A stretch of 48,718 bases of DNA, from the IMG/VR virus record IMGVR_UViG_2597489870_000007; one strand, written 5' to 3'. A program made the translations under genes and the position numbers. The DNA is from a virus (Duplodnaviria > Heunggongvirae > Uroviricota > Caudoviricetes). Below are positions 34,153 to 43,088 of this stretch, piece by piece. Numbering within the stretch: the stretch's first letter is position 1; each line of letters opens with the position of its first letter. Below the pieces are notes generated by a model. The model worked only from the letters and a program-made list of their open reading frames with translations, searched no databases and was not told the DNA's origin.

Positions 34153-34239
34153 TTCAGGCTGTAACGCCCATAAACATCACGACGAACTTCAATACCATCA
34201 ATAACCATCAGATTATTCATACTTCGTTTCTCCTCTTAA

Positions 34240-34629
34240 TCAGGCGGCTGCACCCGCCGGTTTCTCATACTTACTGATAGTGATCTCGACCTTCCCTTTC
34301 GGGATAACCGGTCCCCACTCCACCAGCATTCTTTTCACCTGTCTGTCGTCTTCCCACACACCCGCGTGGGTCAACGCGTCAAACAGCGCCTTGTTATAGT
34401 TGTCCAGATCGCGGATCCGGTTATCCGGAGGAAACAACACGATCTCCACTGAAGCAGGTGCCGACGTTGGTTTTGGCAGACGACGTAACTGCTCAACTAT
34501 TGCTGCGCACGCCGCGCTCTGAAATTTTCGCCCCGCCGCGCTTATCAGGCTCTTACCAGCAAATGCCCCTTTGTTGGGGTGTCGCCAGTACGTGTTCACG
34601 CTGGGCGGAAAAGGCAGGATCAGCTTCAT
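34240..34629 (-). CDS. rusA: Holliday junction resolvase RusA family
   Basis: 129-aa ORF MKLILPFPPSVNTYWRHPNKGAFAGKSLISAAGRKFQSAACAAIVEQL...RDLDNYNKALFDALTHAGVWEDDRQV, with the conserved RusA N-terminus and D-x-D-N acidic motif. Confidence 0.8.
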   Translation of the reverse strand: MKLILPFPPSVNTYWRHPNKGAFAGKSLISAAGRKFQSAACAAIVEQLRRLPKPTSAPASVEIVLFPPDNRIRDLDNYNKALFDALTHAGVWEDDRQVKRMLVEWGPVIPKGKVEITISKYEKPAGAAA

Positions 34630-34952
34630 GCTTTCAGGCCTCTCTCATGTAACCAGTGGGTTGCACGCAGCCTTGCGTTTTCCTCACCGGCAAGCAGTGA
34701 GCGGATAATCCCGACCGCCTCGCTGTCGTCGTCCTTCACCGCGGTATGAAGCGTTATCCCCCGGGCCACGCCACGCTTTATCGTGATGACACCTTTTTTC
34801 TCCAGTGCGCGAAGATGCTCCACCGCTGCATTCACTGAACGGTATCCCAGCATGGTTGCCACCTCCTGATTGGTTGGCGGGAAGCCACGTTCTTTCTGGT
34901 AAGAAATCAGCATATCCAGCACCTGCTGCTGGCATTGAGTTAATGTCGTCAT
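34626..34952 (-). CDS. LexA-like winged-helix DNA-binding protein without a peptidase domain
   Basis: 108-aa ORF with QEVATMLGYRSVNAAVEHLRALEKKGVITI, resembling the LexA N-terminal wHTH; no S24 domain present. Confidence 0.5.
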   Translation of the reverse strand: MTTLTQCQQQVLDMLISYQKERGFPPTNQEVATMLGYRSVNAAVEHLRALEKKGVITIKRGVARGITLHTAVKDDDSEAVGIIRSLLAGEENARLRATHWLHERGLKA

Positions 34953-35602
34953 GCCGCCATCTCCCTGACCAGTTTTTCCGCCTGCTGGCGAACCTGCGCC
35001 AGAAAGGCCTCACCACATGCCTCAAGTTCATCGCGCCCGATGTAGCTGATTGCCGGTCCCTTCCAGGTCTTGTCGAAAACAGCAATAGCACCAGCGAAGA
35101 AAGCGCCTGTCGGCACCTGCTTCTCGTCCTTCGGGATAAACCAGGCTGGCAGTTCAAAACCAATACGCCCGCGAATAAAAGCAATATGGTCTGCATCTTC
35201 CGGCCACCAAACTTCGCTGGTGGCAGCTTTGATCAGGAAAACATAGCGCCCGCCTTTATCACGCATAGCACTGGCATGTTTCATGATGTAACGCATGCCG
35301 GTGATGTATTGCCCCTCATGCTGACTGGCGCGGCTGTACGGGGGATTACCAAAGGCAGCACCTTTAAGCTCCGCAAGACGTTCTGACCAGTCATGCGCCA
35401 GCGCGTTGTCTTCCGCAGTGTAATAAGCGGCACATTTGGCGTTATCACCATCAGTAAACAGATCCAGAACAAACGGGCCAAACAGGGTGTTAATTCCCCA
35501 GAAAATGTTGTCCGGCGTGCGCCACTGATCGCCCACTTCCTTCAGTTCATGGGCTAGTTTGTTCCGCAGCTCCACCAGCGCCTGGCAATATTTATTACTC
35601 AT
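34949..35602 (-). CDS. Phage N6-adenine DNA methyltransferase (Dam-like)
   Basis: ATG at 35602 (TAATG overlap with the upstream ORF) gives MSNKYCQALVELRNKL... with catalytic motif GNPPYS. Confidence 0.75.
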   Translation of the reverse strand: MSNKYCQALVELRNKLAHELKEVGDQWRTPDNIFWGINTLFGPFVLDLFTDGDNAKCAAYYTAEDNALAHDWSERLAELKGAAFGNPPYSRASQHEGQYITGMRYIMKHASAMRDKGGRYVFLIKAATSEVWWPEDADHIAFIRGRIGFELPAWFIPKDEKQVPTGAFFAGAIAVFDKTWKGPAISYIGRDELEACGEAFLAQVRQQAEKLVREMAA

Positions 35603-36096
35603 TAAGCCCCCACGTAATTCCCTGACAGATACCACTCTTCACCCGATGCAGCGCGCTTGCTGCTTTTCCGTAAGCACCGCTCACGATGCGCCAGAAAATT
35701 GTTTCGTTCTGGCTGGGAGTGGCTTTCACGGAATGCCGCCATCCACACCGTTGCAGCTCGACGGAATAAGCCCCTGGACTCCAGTTCTTCAGCCTGGCGG
35801 GTCAGGCACAAAATCACCCGGGGGTCGTTAGTGCCGACATAGAAATTGCGCACAGGTCTGGTTTCACGAACAGATTGTGGTTCCGGCTCCTGCGCTCTCT
35901 CAGTCAGGCGCGGGAAATGTCTGCGTGTATCTCCTTCACAACGGTGAGCCACACGCCCACTCTGACGTAACTTGCTTGCTGACTGCAGAACGCGCTGCCG
36001 TGAGTAACCAGCAAAAGCATCCGCAATGTCTCCGGAAGTACACCCCGGATGGGCTTCAATGAATTTCTGAACTTCATTCAAAAGACTCATGATCAC
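35602..36096 (-). CDS. Hypothetical protein (164 aa), replication/nin module
   Basis: ORF translationally coupled to neighbours on both sides; Arg-rich; no family recognised. Confidence 0.5.
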   Translation of the reverse strand: MIMSLLNEVQKFIEAHPGCTSGDIADAFAGYSRQRVLQSASKLRQSGRVAHRCEGDTRRHFPRLTERAQEPEPQSVRETRPVRNFYVGTNDPRVILCLTRQAEELESRGLFRRAATVWMAAFRESHSQPERNNFLAHRERCLRKSSKRAASGEEWYLSGNYVGA

Positions 36097-36911
36097 CCCC
36101 TGAATCCTGCCGGGATCTGGCTGTAGTCCACGTTGTCGTAACTGGATTTGAAGTACGGGTCCTCACGTCTGGCTGCAGATACCGCAGGAACTTCCCAGGA
36201 TTCTTCGAAATGACGATCCGGACCAAAGAACGTGACAGCCTGTTTCACAAATTGTGTGCCGCTGTTACCCATCGCAGATACCCAGCCCGCATAGCGTTTC
36301 ACACCTTCCAGCATGGTTTCGGGGTTTACCCCCTCATTCAAACGGGCTTTCCAGGCTTTGAAGGCTGCAGATTTTGAATTGCCACCAGCACGTTTGGGAT
36401 ATGCCAGCCATGCCTGCTCAAACTCCGGAGAATATTCCGGTCGGTTTGAACGAACTCGCACGGACTCATCAACTGATGCACCAACAGCTATTGGTTCATT
36501 GACTGGTTCTTTGACTGGTTCAAAAGAGTGACTGGTTCTGGGTGAATCTCCTGCACTACCCCCTGGTGCAACTCCTGCACTACCTGGTGAATTTGCTGCA
36601 CCAGATAGTGAATTATTTGCACTACCACCTAGTGAATCTCCTGCACCATCCAGATGAAGGAGATAGATATTACTTGAGTTACCTTTTTCACCTTTCCGGG
36701 TGACTTTTTTTACCAGCCCGGACTCACAAAGGGCCGCAATATGATTCATCACAGAACGTTTGCTAATCTCGCACTGGTCAGCAATATGCTGGTAGCTGGG
36801 CCAGCACTCACCCTGATCGCTGGCATTATCAGCCAGCTTGATCAGAACCAGTTTTCGCAATGGATTACCCACTCGAATTTTCATCGCTTTAACCATCAGC
36901 TCCATACTCAT
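36093..36911 (-). CDS. Replication initiator, O-like (N-terminal wHTH, Gly/Ser/Ala linker, C-terminal domain)
   Basis: 272-aa ORF with N-terminal HTH (LVLIKLADNASDQGECWPSYQHIADQCEISKRSVMNHIAALCESGLVKKV); four iteron-like direct repeats lie inside its linker-coding region, as for lambda O and ori-lambda. Confidence 0.6.
   Translation of the reverse strand: MSMELMVKAMKIRVGNPLRKLVLIKLADNASDQGECWPSYQHIADQCEISKRSVMNHIAALCESGLVKKVTRKGEKGNSSNIYLLHLDGAGDSLGGSANNSLSGAANSPGSAGVAPGGSAGDSPRTSHSFEPVKEPVNEPIAVGASVDESVRVRSNRPEYSPEFEQAWLAYPKRAGGNSKSAAFKAWKARLNEGVNPETMLEGVKRYAGWVSAMGNSGTQFVKQAVTFFGPDRHFEESWEVPAVSAARREDPYFKSSYDNVDYSQIPAGFRG
36541..36650. repeat. Putative replication origin iterons (4 direct repeats of about 20 bp)
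   Basis: GGTGAATCTCCTGCACTACC (36541), GGTGAATTTGCTGCACCAGAT (36586), AGTGAATTATTTGCACTACC (36607), AGTGAATCTCCTGCACCATC (36631); a moderately AT-rich tract follows at 36651..36720 and three GACTGGTTC repeats lie at 36501..36538. Confidence 0.55.
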
Positions 36912-37144
36912 GCTGCACCTCCGAGATGCTTCATGTTTTTTCCGGAGCGAAAGGTTATAAGCGGCATACTGACGCGGTAATTACGGCCCAGCGGTTCACA
37001 AATCACCTTCTGACATTCACGGTCAACCAGGCTAACACGTAGAACATGCCCTGCAGGCGTGGTGTACCACTGCCCAACTGTAGGAATTGATGTTTTTTTA
37101 CGCTGAAATAAACGGTAAATGTTGAGGATCAACGGATTAAGCAT
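36908..37144 (-). CDS. Hypothetical protein (78 aa)
   Basis: ORF-track ORF overlapping both neighbours by a few nucleotides, suggesting translational coupling within the early-right operon. Confidence 0.4.
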   Translation of the reverse strand: MLNPLILNIYRLFQRKKTSIPTVGQWYTTPAGHVLRVSLVDRECQKVICEPLGRNYRVSMPLITFRSGKNMKHLGGAA

Positions 37145-37973
37145 GACGATGCCCTCCGCTGATATTCAGGAGACGGTGAATATGAAAATTAGCCTTATCC
37201 GCCAGACGAATACGTTCAGCCTGCAAGTTAATAAGGGTTTCTACCAGAACCTGATGCGCCTGCGGATCCGAAAGAGTTACCTTGCGCAGAGCACGTAGTG
37301 CAGTTGTTACATAACTGAGTTTATGTAAGTCTTCATCATTCAGACGAGTGAGGGCTGGGACAGTAGCCATGATGGCAGCCTCCTTGATCGGTGAAATACT
37401 TCCACCACCGGAAACGCCAATTTCGCTGGTGGTGAACTGAACGGGGTTGGCGTAACCGGTGATCAAGGAAACCGGCGCATCTTTCGATGCCCCCGCCCAG
37501 CCCACCATAACTTTGATGTGAGCAAATGCGGACGATAAAAAAGACGCTGGCGCGTCATATATCGCCTTGATCAATTCCAGGACGCCAATCCCGGCACCCG
37601 CTTTATAAGGTGCCTGAACAGTGTAACGTCCCGGAATGGCAGAATCAATGTGCTGGTGGTCCTTCACACTCAACAAAATCACGCCTGAATTTCCACAAAG
37701 GACTAAAGCACTCATGCGGGTAGTCTTTGCGAAGATAGATAACGCGCTGTGTTTCTGGTTCCCAACGAATAACATGGACATAAAGCCCTCTTCCGTCACG
37801 AAACCAGCGGTTAAGTTCCCGCACAACTCGCCCCCCACAGTCAGGTAAAGTTCTCTGTGGTTACTTACAGCCAGGTGATTTGGTAATCTGCATTCATGCC
37901 GTAACAACAGGTGTTCAGCGACACTGACCACCAGCTGTTGCGACAAACGGTTATTTGCCGTTAAACTGTTCAT
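37137..37973 (-). CDS. Hypothetical protein (278 aa), early-right operon
   Basis: Long ORF tightly packed between neighbours; no Walker A motif; family not recognised. Confidence 0.5.
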   Translation of the reverse strand: MNSLTANNRLSQQLVVSVAEHLLLRHECRLPNHLAVSNHRELYLTVGGELCGNLTAGFVTEEGFMSMLFVGNQKHSALSIFAKTTRMSALVLCGNSGVILLSVKDHQHIDSAIPGRYTVQAPYKAGAGIGVLELIKAIYDAPASFLSSAFAHIKVMVGWAGASKDAPVSLITGYANPVQFTTSEIGVSGGGSISPIKEAAIMATVPALTRLNDEDLHKLSYVTTALRALRKVTLSDPQAHQVLVETLINLQAERIRLADKANFHIHRLLNISGGHRHA

Positions 37974-38533
37974 GCGTTAGTTTCTCCACAGACACAAAAC
38001 GCCACGACGCCCGGAGCTGCACACTCGCGGGCGTCACTCTTTTCTGGAGCGCAAAAGATTTTGTAGACCAGTGCTGCATGCTCTTGGAGCTTCGAAATTG
38101 ACAGATACAACTCATCATTAATTGCTGTCTGCTCGTGTGGCTCCACGACCCCATCTTCGATTGCCGAACGAATCTGCTTTGAGTAATTCCCGATCTGTTC
38201 GATGACTTCCAGCAGGCGCTGGTTTATATCGGCGTTCTCTACTTCCTCAATTTCAGGAAGCGATACGAACACCCCACCAGCAGACTGTGCGACAGCATCC
38301 GCAATGTAGTGAGTGCCAGCCGCGCGCTGTAAAACCATTGCCCATCCCAGCGGGAAAATCTGATCGCCATCGGCACGAAGGCGGTTAAATAATGCGTTCT
38401 CTGTTACATCCAGCCAGTCAGCTGCTTCAGCGTAACCACCCGGCAACGCTGCGATAGTTTTTCTGACAGCTTTCACGTACCACTCAGGCTGTTTTTCTAC
38501 TTTCCAGTGATACTTACCCACGGTTAGCCTCAT
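37970..38533 (-). CDS. Hypothetical early protein (187 aa), possible CII-like or YdaT-like regulator
   Basis: Second gene after cro on the PR side, the position of cII or ydaT in other lambdoids; sequence assignment is uncertain. Confidence 0.4.
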   Translation of the reverse strand: MRLTVGKYHWKVEKQPEWYVKAVRKTIAALPGGYAEAADWLDVTENALFNRLRADGDQIFPLGWAMVLQRAAGTHYIADAVAQSAGGVFVSLPEIEEVENADINQRLLEVIEQIGNYSKQIRSAIEDGVVEPHEQTAINDELYLSISKLQEHAALVYKIFCAPEKSDARECAAPGVVAFCVCGETNA

Positions 38534-38564
38534 CGTTCTGTGGTTAAAAATTGAAGGTGTTCTG

Positions 38565-38765
38565 TTAATCTTTCGGATAGATATCCGGTCTTAAGTCAGA
38601 TTTCGTAATTGCACCTGACGTGCATTGCTCAAGTTTTTTCGCCAGCACAAAACTGGCTTTTTTATAACCATTGAAAACCAGCCGTAAGTAGCCAGGTGTT
38701 GAGCCAACTTTTCCGGCCAACTCGCCCTGCTGTTCTTTGGTTAAAGAGTCCCAATACGCTTCCAT
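38565..38765 (-). CDS. cro: Cro-like repressor (YdaS/Cro-type HTH)
   Basis: ATG at 38765 (RBS GGAGGT) gives 66 aa MEAYWDSLTKEQQGELAGKVGSTPGYLRLVFNGYKKASFVLAKKLEQCTSGAITKSDLRPDIYPKD; divergent from cI. Confidence 0.75.
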   Translation of the reverse strand: MEAYWDSLTKEQQGELAGKVGSTPGYLRLVFNGYKKASFVLAKKLEQCTSGAITKSDLRPDIYPKD

Positions 38766-38770
38766 ACAAT

Positions 38771-38839
38771 ATGTACCTCCGATATACATATTACATGATT
38801 GAAATGAACCTTCAAGATACTTGTACCTTATCGGTACAA
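38771..38839. promoter_or_regulatory. OR-like operator/promoter region between cro and cI
   Basis: Two inverted-repeat operators: ATGTACCTCCGATATACAT (38771..38789) and TTGTACCTTATCGGTACAA (38821..38839); minus-strand TTGAAG-N16-TAATAT is a candidate PR. Confidence 0.55.
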
Positions 38840-38855
38840 AGGTTTTAATTTCGTT

Positions 38856-39530
38856 ATGAAAACAATCCATGACATCCGGCGGTCTAACGCCAGAAAACTG
38901 AGAGATGGTGTTGGCGGGAATTCTTCCTTTGCCACCATGATTGATCGCGAGCCAACCCAGACCAGCAGGTTTATGGGAGATGGTGCTACTAAAAATATCG
39001 GTGACAGCATGGCGCGGCACATCGAAAAATGTTTCGACCTGCCTGTCGGATGGCTTGATCAAGAACACCAGACCACGAACATCACAAAAAAACCTGATGT
39101 TTCAATCACTAACAAACAAATAACGTTAGTCCCTGTCATATCATGGGTACAGGCCGGAGCATGGAAAGAAGTTGGCTATTCTGAGGTTGATTTGAGCACA
39201 GCAGAAACTTACCCCTGCCCTGTACCCTGTGGCGAAATGACTTATATCTTGCGGGTGATTGGTGATTCAATGATTGATGAGTACCGCCCTGGAGACATGA
39301 TTTTTGTTGATCCCGAAGTCCCTGCCTGCCACGGTGACGACGTTATTGCATTGATGCACGATACAGGCGAAACCACCTTCAAGCGATTGATAGAAGATGG
39401 AACACAGCGTTATCTCAAAGCATTAAACCCAAACTGGCCTGAGCCTTACATTAAGATTAACGGTAATTGCTCTATAATTGGTACAGTGATTTTCTCGGGA
39501 AAACCAAGAAGATACACAATAAAGGCCTAA
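38856..39530 (+). CDS. cI: CI-like repressor (HTH plus S24 LexA-type autopeptidase domain)
   Basis: 224-aa ORF with N-terminal HTH and C-terminal S24 features (VIGDSMIDEYRPGDMIFVDPE... later FKRL). Confidence 0.85.
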   Translation: MKTIHDIRRSNARKLRDGVGGNSSFATMIDREPTQTSRFMGDGATKNIGDSMARHIEKCFDLPVGWLDQEHQTTNITKKPDVSITNKQITLVPVISWVQAGAWKEVGYSEVDLSTAETYPCPVPCGEMTYILRVIGDSMIDEYRPGDMIFVDPEVPACHGDDVIALMHDTGETTFKRLIEDGTQRYLKALNPNWPEPYIKINGNCSIIGTVIFSGKPRRYTIKA

Positions 39531-39542
39531 TCAATATTTATG

Positions 39543-39565
39543 AACCTGCTTCGGCAGGTTTTTTT
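39543..39565 (+). terminator. Rho-independent terminator after cI
   Basis: AACCTGC-TTCG-GCAGGTT followed by TTTTT, starting 13 nt after the cI stop. Confidence 0.7.
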
Positions 39566-39569
39566 ATAC

Positions 39570-39597
39570 TTGACAATGTACCCATGAGATACATAAT
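39570..39597 (+). promoter_or_regulatory. PL-like promoter with overlapping OL operator
   Basis: TTGACA (39570..39575), 16-bp spacer, CATAAT (39592..39597); the spacer holds ATGTACCCATGAGATACAT (39576..39594), which shares its half-sites with the OR operator at 38771..38789. Confidence 0.6.
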
Positions 39598-40197
39598 GTA
39601 TCCAAAAGAAACATGAGGCAGGCAAGATTCAAACAAAATTTGGTTGTAACACGGCGTATGGCACATGCGTCGTTAGCGGTCTGGGGACGTTAAAGGGGAC
39701 AATCCACTTCTTGCTCGGGCAAACAAACCAGGTAGCCGGAATGTGCAAGTCAATGATGATGCTGATAAGACGCCTAACCAGCGTGGCGATCCGGTTTGAC
39801 GCCTGGGAAGAGACCAGGGTGCAACGATGAGGGCATTTATAGAGCCGCGACAAAGTGTGGTGCCGTAACTGGCTAAGTGCTCTCAGCGTTGTGGTAATCC
39901 GCGAAATGGCGCGGCGGTAAGTATGGCGGGGTTACTCTTTCCCCGTTGAGGACACCGGATTGTCAGGTTGACCATACGCCTGAGTGACAACCCCACCACA
40001 ACAGCCACTGCTTTGGCGGTACCAGTTTGTACACTTGCTTCCGGCTGGTACCGCTCTTTTTACAAAATAGAGAAGAGCATCACCGGACGACGGGCTCATA
40101 ACCCAATCCATCCGGGCGGCTGCCACCGCAGGTGTTCTTCTCTGTTTTGTGGAGAAACCAACCGACCTTGCAGGGTCGATATGATGAGGAGCAGCAA

Positions 40198-40561
40198 AAT
40201 GGCTAGCGAACGCAGTACTGATGTGCAGGCATTTATCGGGGAGCTGGACGGCGGCGTATTTGAAACCAAAATCGGCGCAGTTCTCAGTGAAGTCGCTTCC
40301 AGTGTGATGAACACGAAAACCAAAGGTAAGGTCTCACTCAACCTGGAAATCGAACCATTTGATGAGAACCGTGTGAAAATCAAACACAAACTCTCATATG
40401 TTCGCCCGACTAACCGCGGGAAAATTTCCGAAGAAGACACCACCGAAACGCCGATGTATGTCAATCGCGGTGGTCGCCTGACTATTCTGCAGGAAGACCA
40501 GGGACAATTACTGACTCTTGCCGGTGAACCTGACGGAAAACTACGCGCAGCAGGTCATTAA
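40198..40561 (+). CDS. Hypothetical protein, YfdP-like (121 aa)
   Basis: ATG at 40198 preceded by GAGGAG; first gene of the PL-side operon; size and position match yfdP of the CPS-53 prophage. Confidence 0.5.
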
Positions 40562-40626
40562 TATCGTTCTTAATTAACTGATTATTTATCTCATCACTGA
40601 ATATCTTTATATAGTGAGGACTTATT

Positions 40627-41451
40627 ATGTCTCAGAACTTAGACGCAACCGCAATTAATCAAATCCATGCCCTTATTTCTGCTCAGGGTGTTAATGAAAT
40701 TATCAGTAATATTGGTGCCGATGCTGTGGCATTGCCTGAGAATTTCCGCATTCATGATCTGGAAAAATTTAATTTAAATCGCTTCCGTTTCCGTGGTGCG
40801 CTTTCCACTGCCAGCATCGATGACTTTACCCGTTATTCTAAAGATCTTGCAGATGAAGGCACCCGCTGCTTTATCGATGCTGATAATATGCGTGCCGTCA
40901 GTGTACTTAACCTGGGTACTATTGATGAACCAGGTCACGCAGATAACACCGCCACTCTCAAACTGAAAAAGACAGCACCGTTCTCTGCCCTGTTGTCTGT
41001 TAACGGCGAGCGTAACTCCCAGAAGTCACTGGCAGAATGGATTGAAGACTGGGCCGACTACCTTGTGGGCTTTGATGCTAATGGTGACGCTATTCAGGCA
41101 ACAAAAGCGGCTGCGGCAGTCCGTAAAATCACGATTGAAGCAAACCAGACCGCTGATTTTGAAGATAATGACTTCAGCGGCAAACGCTCCCTGATGGAGT
41201 CTGTCGAAGCGAAGACCAAAGACATTATGCCAGTGGCATTTGAATTTAAATGCGTTCCGTTTGAAGGTCTGAAAGAACGTCCGTTTAAATTACGCCTCAG
41301 CATTATCACTGGCGATCGTCCTGTACTGGTTCTGCGCATTATTCAGCTGGAGGCGGTGCAGGAAGAAATGGCTAACGAATTTCGTGATCTGCTTGTTGAG
41401 AAATTCAAGGACAGCAAAGTAGAAACCTTTATTGGTACTTTCACCGCCTGA
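40627..41451 (+). CDS. DUF2303-family protein, YfdQ-like (274 aa)
   Basis: Same length as E. coli YfdQ and same position in a yfdP-yfdQ-yfdR-yfdS-type module. Confidence 0.55.
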   Translation: MSQNLDATAINQIHALISAQGVNEIISNIGADAVALPENFRIHDLEKFNLNRFRFRGALSTASIDDFTRYSKDLADEGTRCFIDADNMRAVSVLNLGTIDEPGHADNTATLKLKKTAPFSALLSVNGERNSQKSLAEWIEDWADYLVGFDANGDAIQATKAAAAVRKITIEANQTADFEDNDFSGKRSLMESVEAKTKDIMPVAFEFKCVPFEGLKERPFKLRLSIITGDRPVLVLRIIQLEAVQEEMANEFRDLLVEKFKDSKVETFIGTFTA

Positions 41452-41578
41452 TTTCATTACTGCAAATGCCCCTGCGGGGGCATTTATGGAAACGTAATTT
41501 ACTCAATAATCGCCGGATGGTGAGGGATTCTTTTTACCAGAATTCAGCGCGGTGCAGCGCATATACGTGGAGAACAAA

Positions 41579-42115
41579 ATGTCATTTATCAAAACTTTTT
41601 CTGGGAAGCATTTTTATTATGACAGGATAAATAAAGACGACATCGATATTAACGATATCGCGGTTTCCCTTTCAAATATCTGTCGCTTTGCCGGTCATCT
41701 TTCGCACTTCTACAGCGTCGCCCAACATGCGGTTCTTTGCAGCCAGCTGGTGCCGCAGGAATTTGCTTTTGAAGCGTTAATGCATGATGCAACAGAAGCG
41801 TATTGCCAGGACATTCCCGCACCACTGAAACGCCTTCTTCCTGACTATAAACGGATGGAAGAAAAAATAGACGCCGTAATCCGTGAGAAATACGGGTTAC
41901 CCCCGGTTATGAGTACACCCGTGAAATATGCCGATCTCATCATGCTGGCAACCGAACGCCGCGATCTCGGGCTTGATGATGGCTCTTTCTGGCCTGTACT
42001 GGAAGGCATCCCGGCAACAGAGATGTTCAACGTGATTCCACTGGCACCGGGCCATGCCTACGGGATGTTTATGGAACGTTTTAACGATTTATCGGAGTTA
42101 CGCAAATGCGCATGA
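41579..42115 (+). CDS. HD-domain phosphohydrolase, YfdR-like
   Basis: ATG at 41579 (RBS GGAGAA); HD motif in ...FEALMHDATEAYCQDIPAPLK; follows the YfdQ-like gene. Confidence 0.65.
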   Translation: MSFIKTFSGKHFYYDRINKDDIDINDIAVSLSNICRFAGHLSHFYSVAQHAVLCSQLVPQEFAFEALMHDATEAYCQDIPAPLKRLLPDYKRMEEKIDAVIREKYGLPPVMSTPVKYADLIMLATERRDLGLDDGSFWPVLEGIPATEMFNVIPLAPGHAYGMFMERFNDLSELRKCA

Positions 42116-42468
42116 ATGTTTTCGAAATGGAAGGGTTTCTTCGCGGGAAATGTGTACCGCGAGATCTGAAAGTGAACGAAACAAATGCTGAGTACCTGGT
42201 ACGTAAATTCGACGCGCTTGAAGCTAAATGTGCGGCACTGGAAAACAAAATAATACCAGTGTCAACTGAACTGCCACCAGCAAATGAAAGTGTTCTGTTA
42301 TTTGATGCTAATGGAGAAGGCTGGCTGATTGGCTGGCGTTCTCTCTGGTACACCTGGGGACAAAAAGAAACCGGAGAATGGCAGTGGACATTTCAGGTCG
42401 GGGACCTTGAAAACTTCAATATCACTCACTGGGCAGTAATGCCCAAAGCGCCGGAGGCTGGAGCATAA
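42106..42468 (+). CDS. Hypothetical protein, YfdS-like, DUF551-like C-terminus
   Basis: 120-aa ORF ending ...NFNITHWAVMPKAPE, overlapping the previous gene. Confidence 0.5.
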   Translation: MRMNVFEMEGFLRGKCVPRDLKVNETNAEYLVRKFDALEAKCAALENKIIPVSTELPPANESVLLFDANGEGWLIGWRSLWYTWGQKETGEWQWTFQVGDLENFNITHWAVMPKAPEAGA

Positions 42469-43088
42469 TGACCACATTTACCAATAAAGAACTGATTAAA
42501 GAAATCAAAGAACGAATCAGCAGCCTAGAGGTTCGAGACGATATTGAGCGCCGTGCTTATGAAATTGCTCTGGCATCGCTGGAAGAGGAGCCGGTGGCAT
42601 GGCTGCATTCAGACAATGGCTTAGGTATTCCGGCAATAACCAGGAGCAAAAACATTGCTGACAGTTGGTTATCAATGGGCTGGTATGTTCAGCCGCTATA
42701 TATAGCCAAGCCAGTACTGGTGGTGCCAGATGCTCGTCCGTCTTTAAATAATGGCATAGTCGGTTTTGATGAAGGCTGGAACGCCTGCCGCGCCACCATG
42801 CTTCATGGTGCCAAACCTGTAAGCCAGACTTACAAGTTGAACAAGCTGTCGGGCAACTCTCCGGTAACTCAGGATGGTTGGATAAGCTGTAGTGAGCGAA
42901 TGCCGAACGATAAACAGTATGTTTGGTGTTGGGGTAAGTCTTACGGCTGGACTGAGTGCGATACCTTCGAAGGGTATTACGATTGGTCGAGAAACAAATG
43001 GTGGGCAGTTACTGACGATGGGGAAGAACCGGCATCGAAAGTAACCCACTGGATGCCGCTACCGGAGCCACCGCAGGAGGTGAAGTAA
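42468..43088 (+). CDS. DUF551-domain protein (206 aa)
   Basis: C-terminus ...KVTHWMPLPEPPQE is the characteristic DUF551 signature common in prophage early regions. Confidence 0.55.
   Translation: MTTFTNKELIKEIKERISSLEVRDDIERRAYEIALASLEEEPVAWLHSDNGLGIPAITRSKNIADSWLSMGWYVQPLYIAKPVLVVPDARPSLNNGIVGFDEGWNACRATMLHGAKPVSQTYKLNKLSGNSPVTQDGWISCSERMPNDKQYVWCWGKSYGWTECDTFEGYYDWSRNKWWAVTDDGEEPASKVTHWMPLPEPPQEVK

Larger units (their letters stand above)
32075..34220 (-). pseudogene. KilA-N domain (antirepressor-like) gene interrupted by IS2
   Basis: N-terminal 73 nt (34220..34148, MNNLMVIDGIEVRRDVYGRYSLND, RBS AGGAG) and C-terminal part (32816..32075, ...[25 protein letters not shown]...) flank IS2. 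Removing IS2 and one 5-bp duplication restores an 810-nt, 269-aa ORF. Confidence 0.8.

Noticed and set aside
38565-39068. 167-aa ORF extending the cro-like gene upstream across the operator region and into cI
   Set aside because: Only the last 66 codons form the Cro/YdaS-like domain and are preceded by a GGAGGT ribosome-binding site; the upstream extension overlaps the OR operators and the cI start on the opposite strand.
39968-40197. N-terminal 77-codon extension of the first early-left gene
   Set aside because: The extension starts at a non-ATG codon with no RBS and is Cys/Arg-rich; an internal ATG at 40198 has a GAGGAG site and yields the 121-aa size of YfdP-like proteins.
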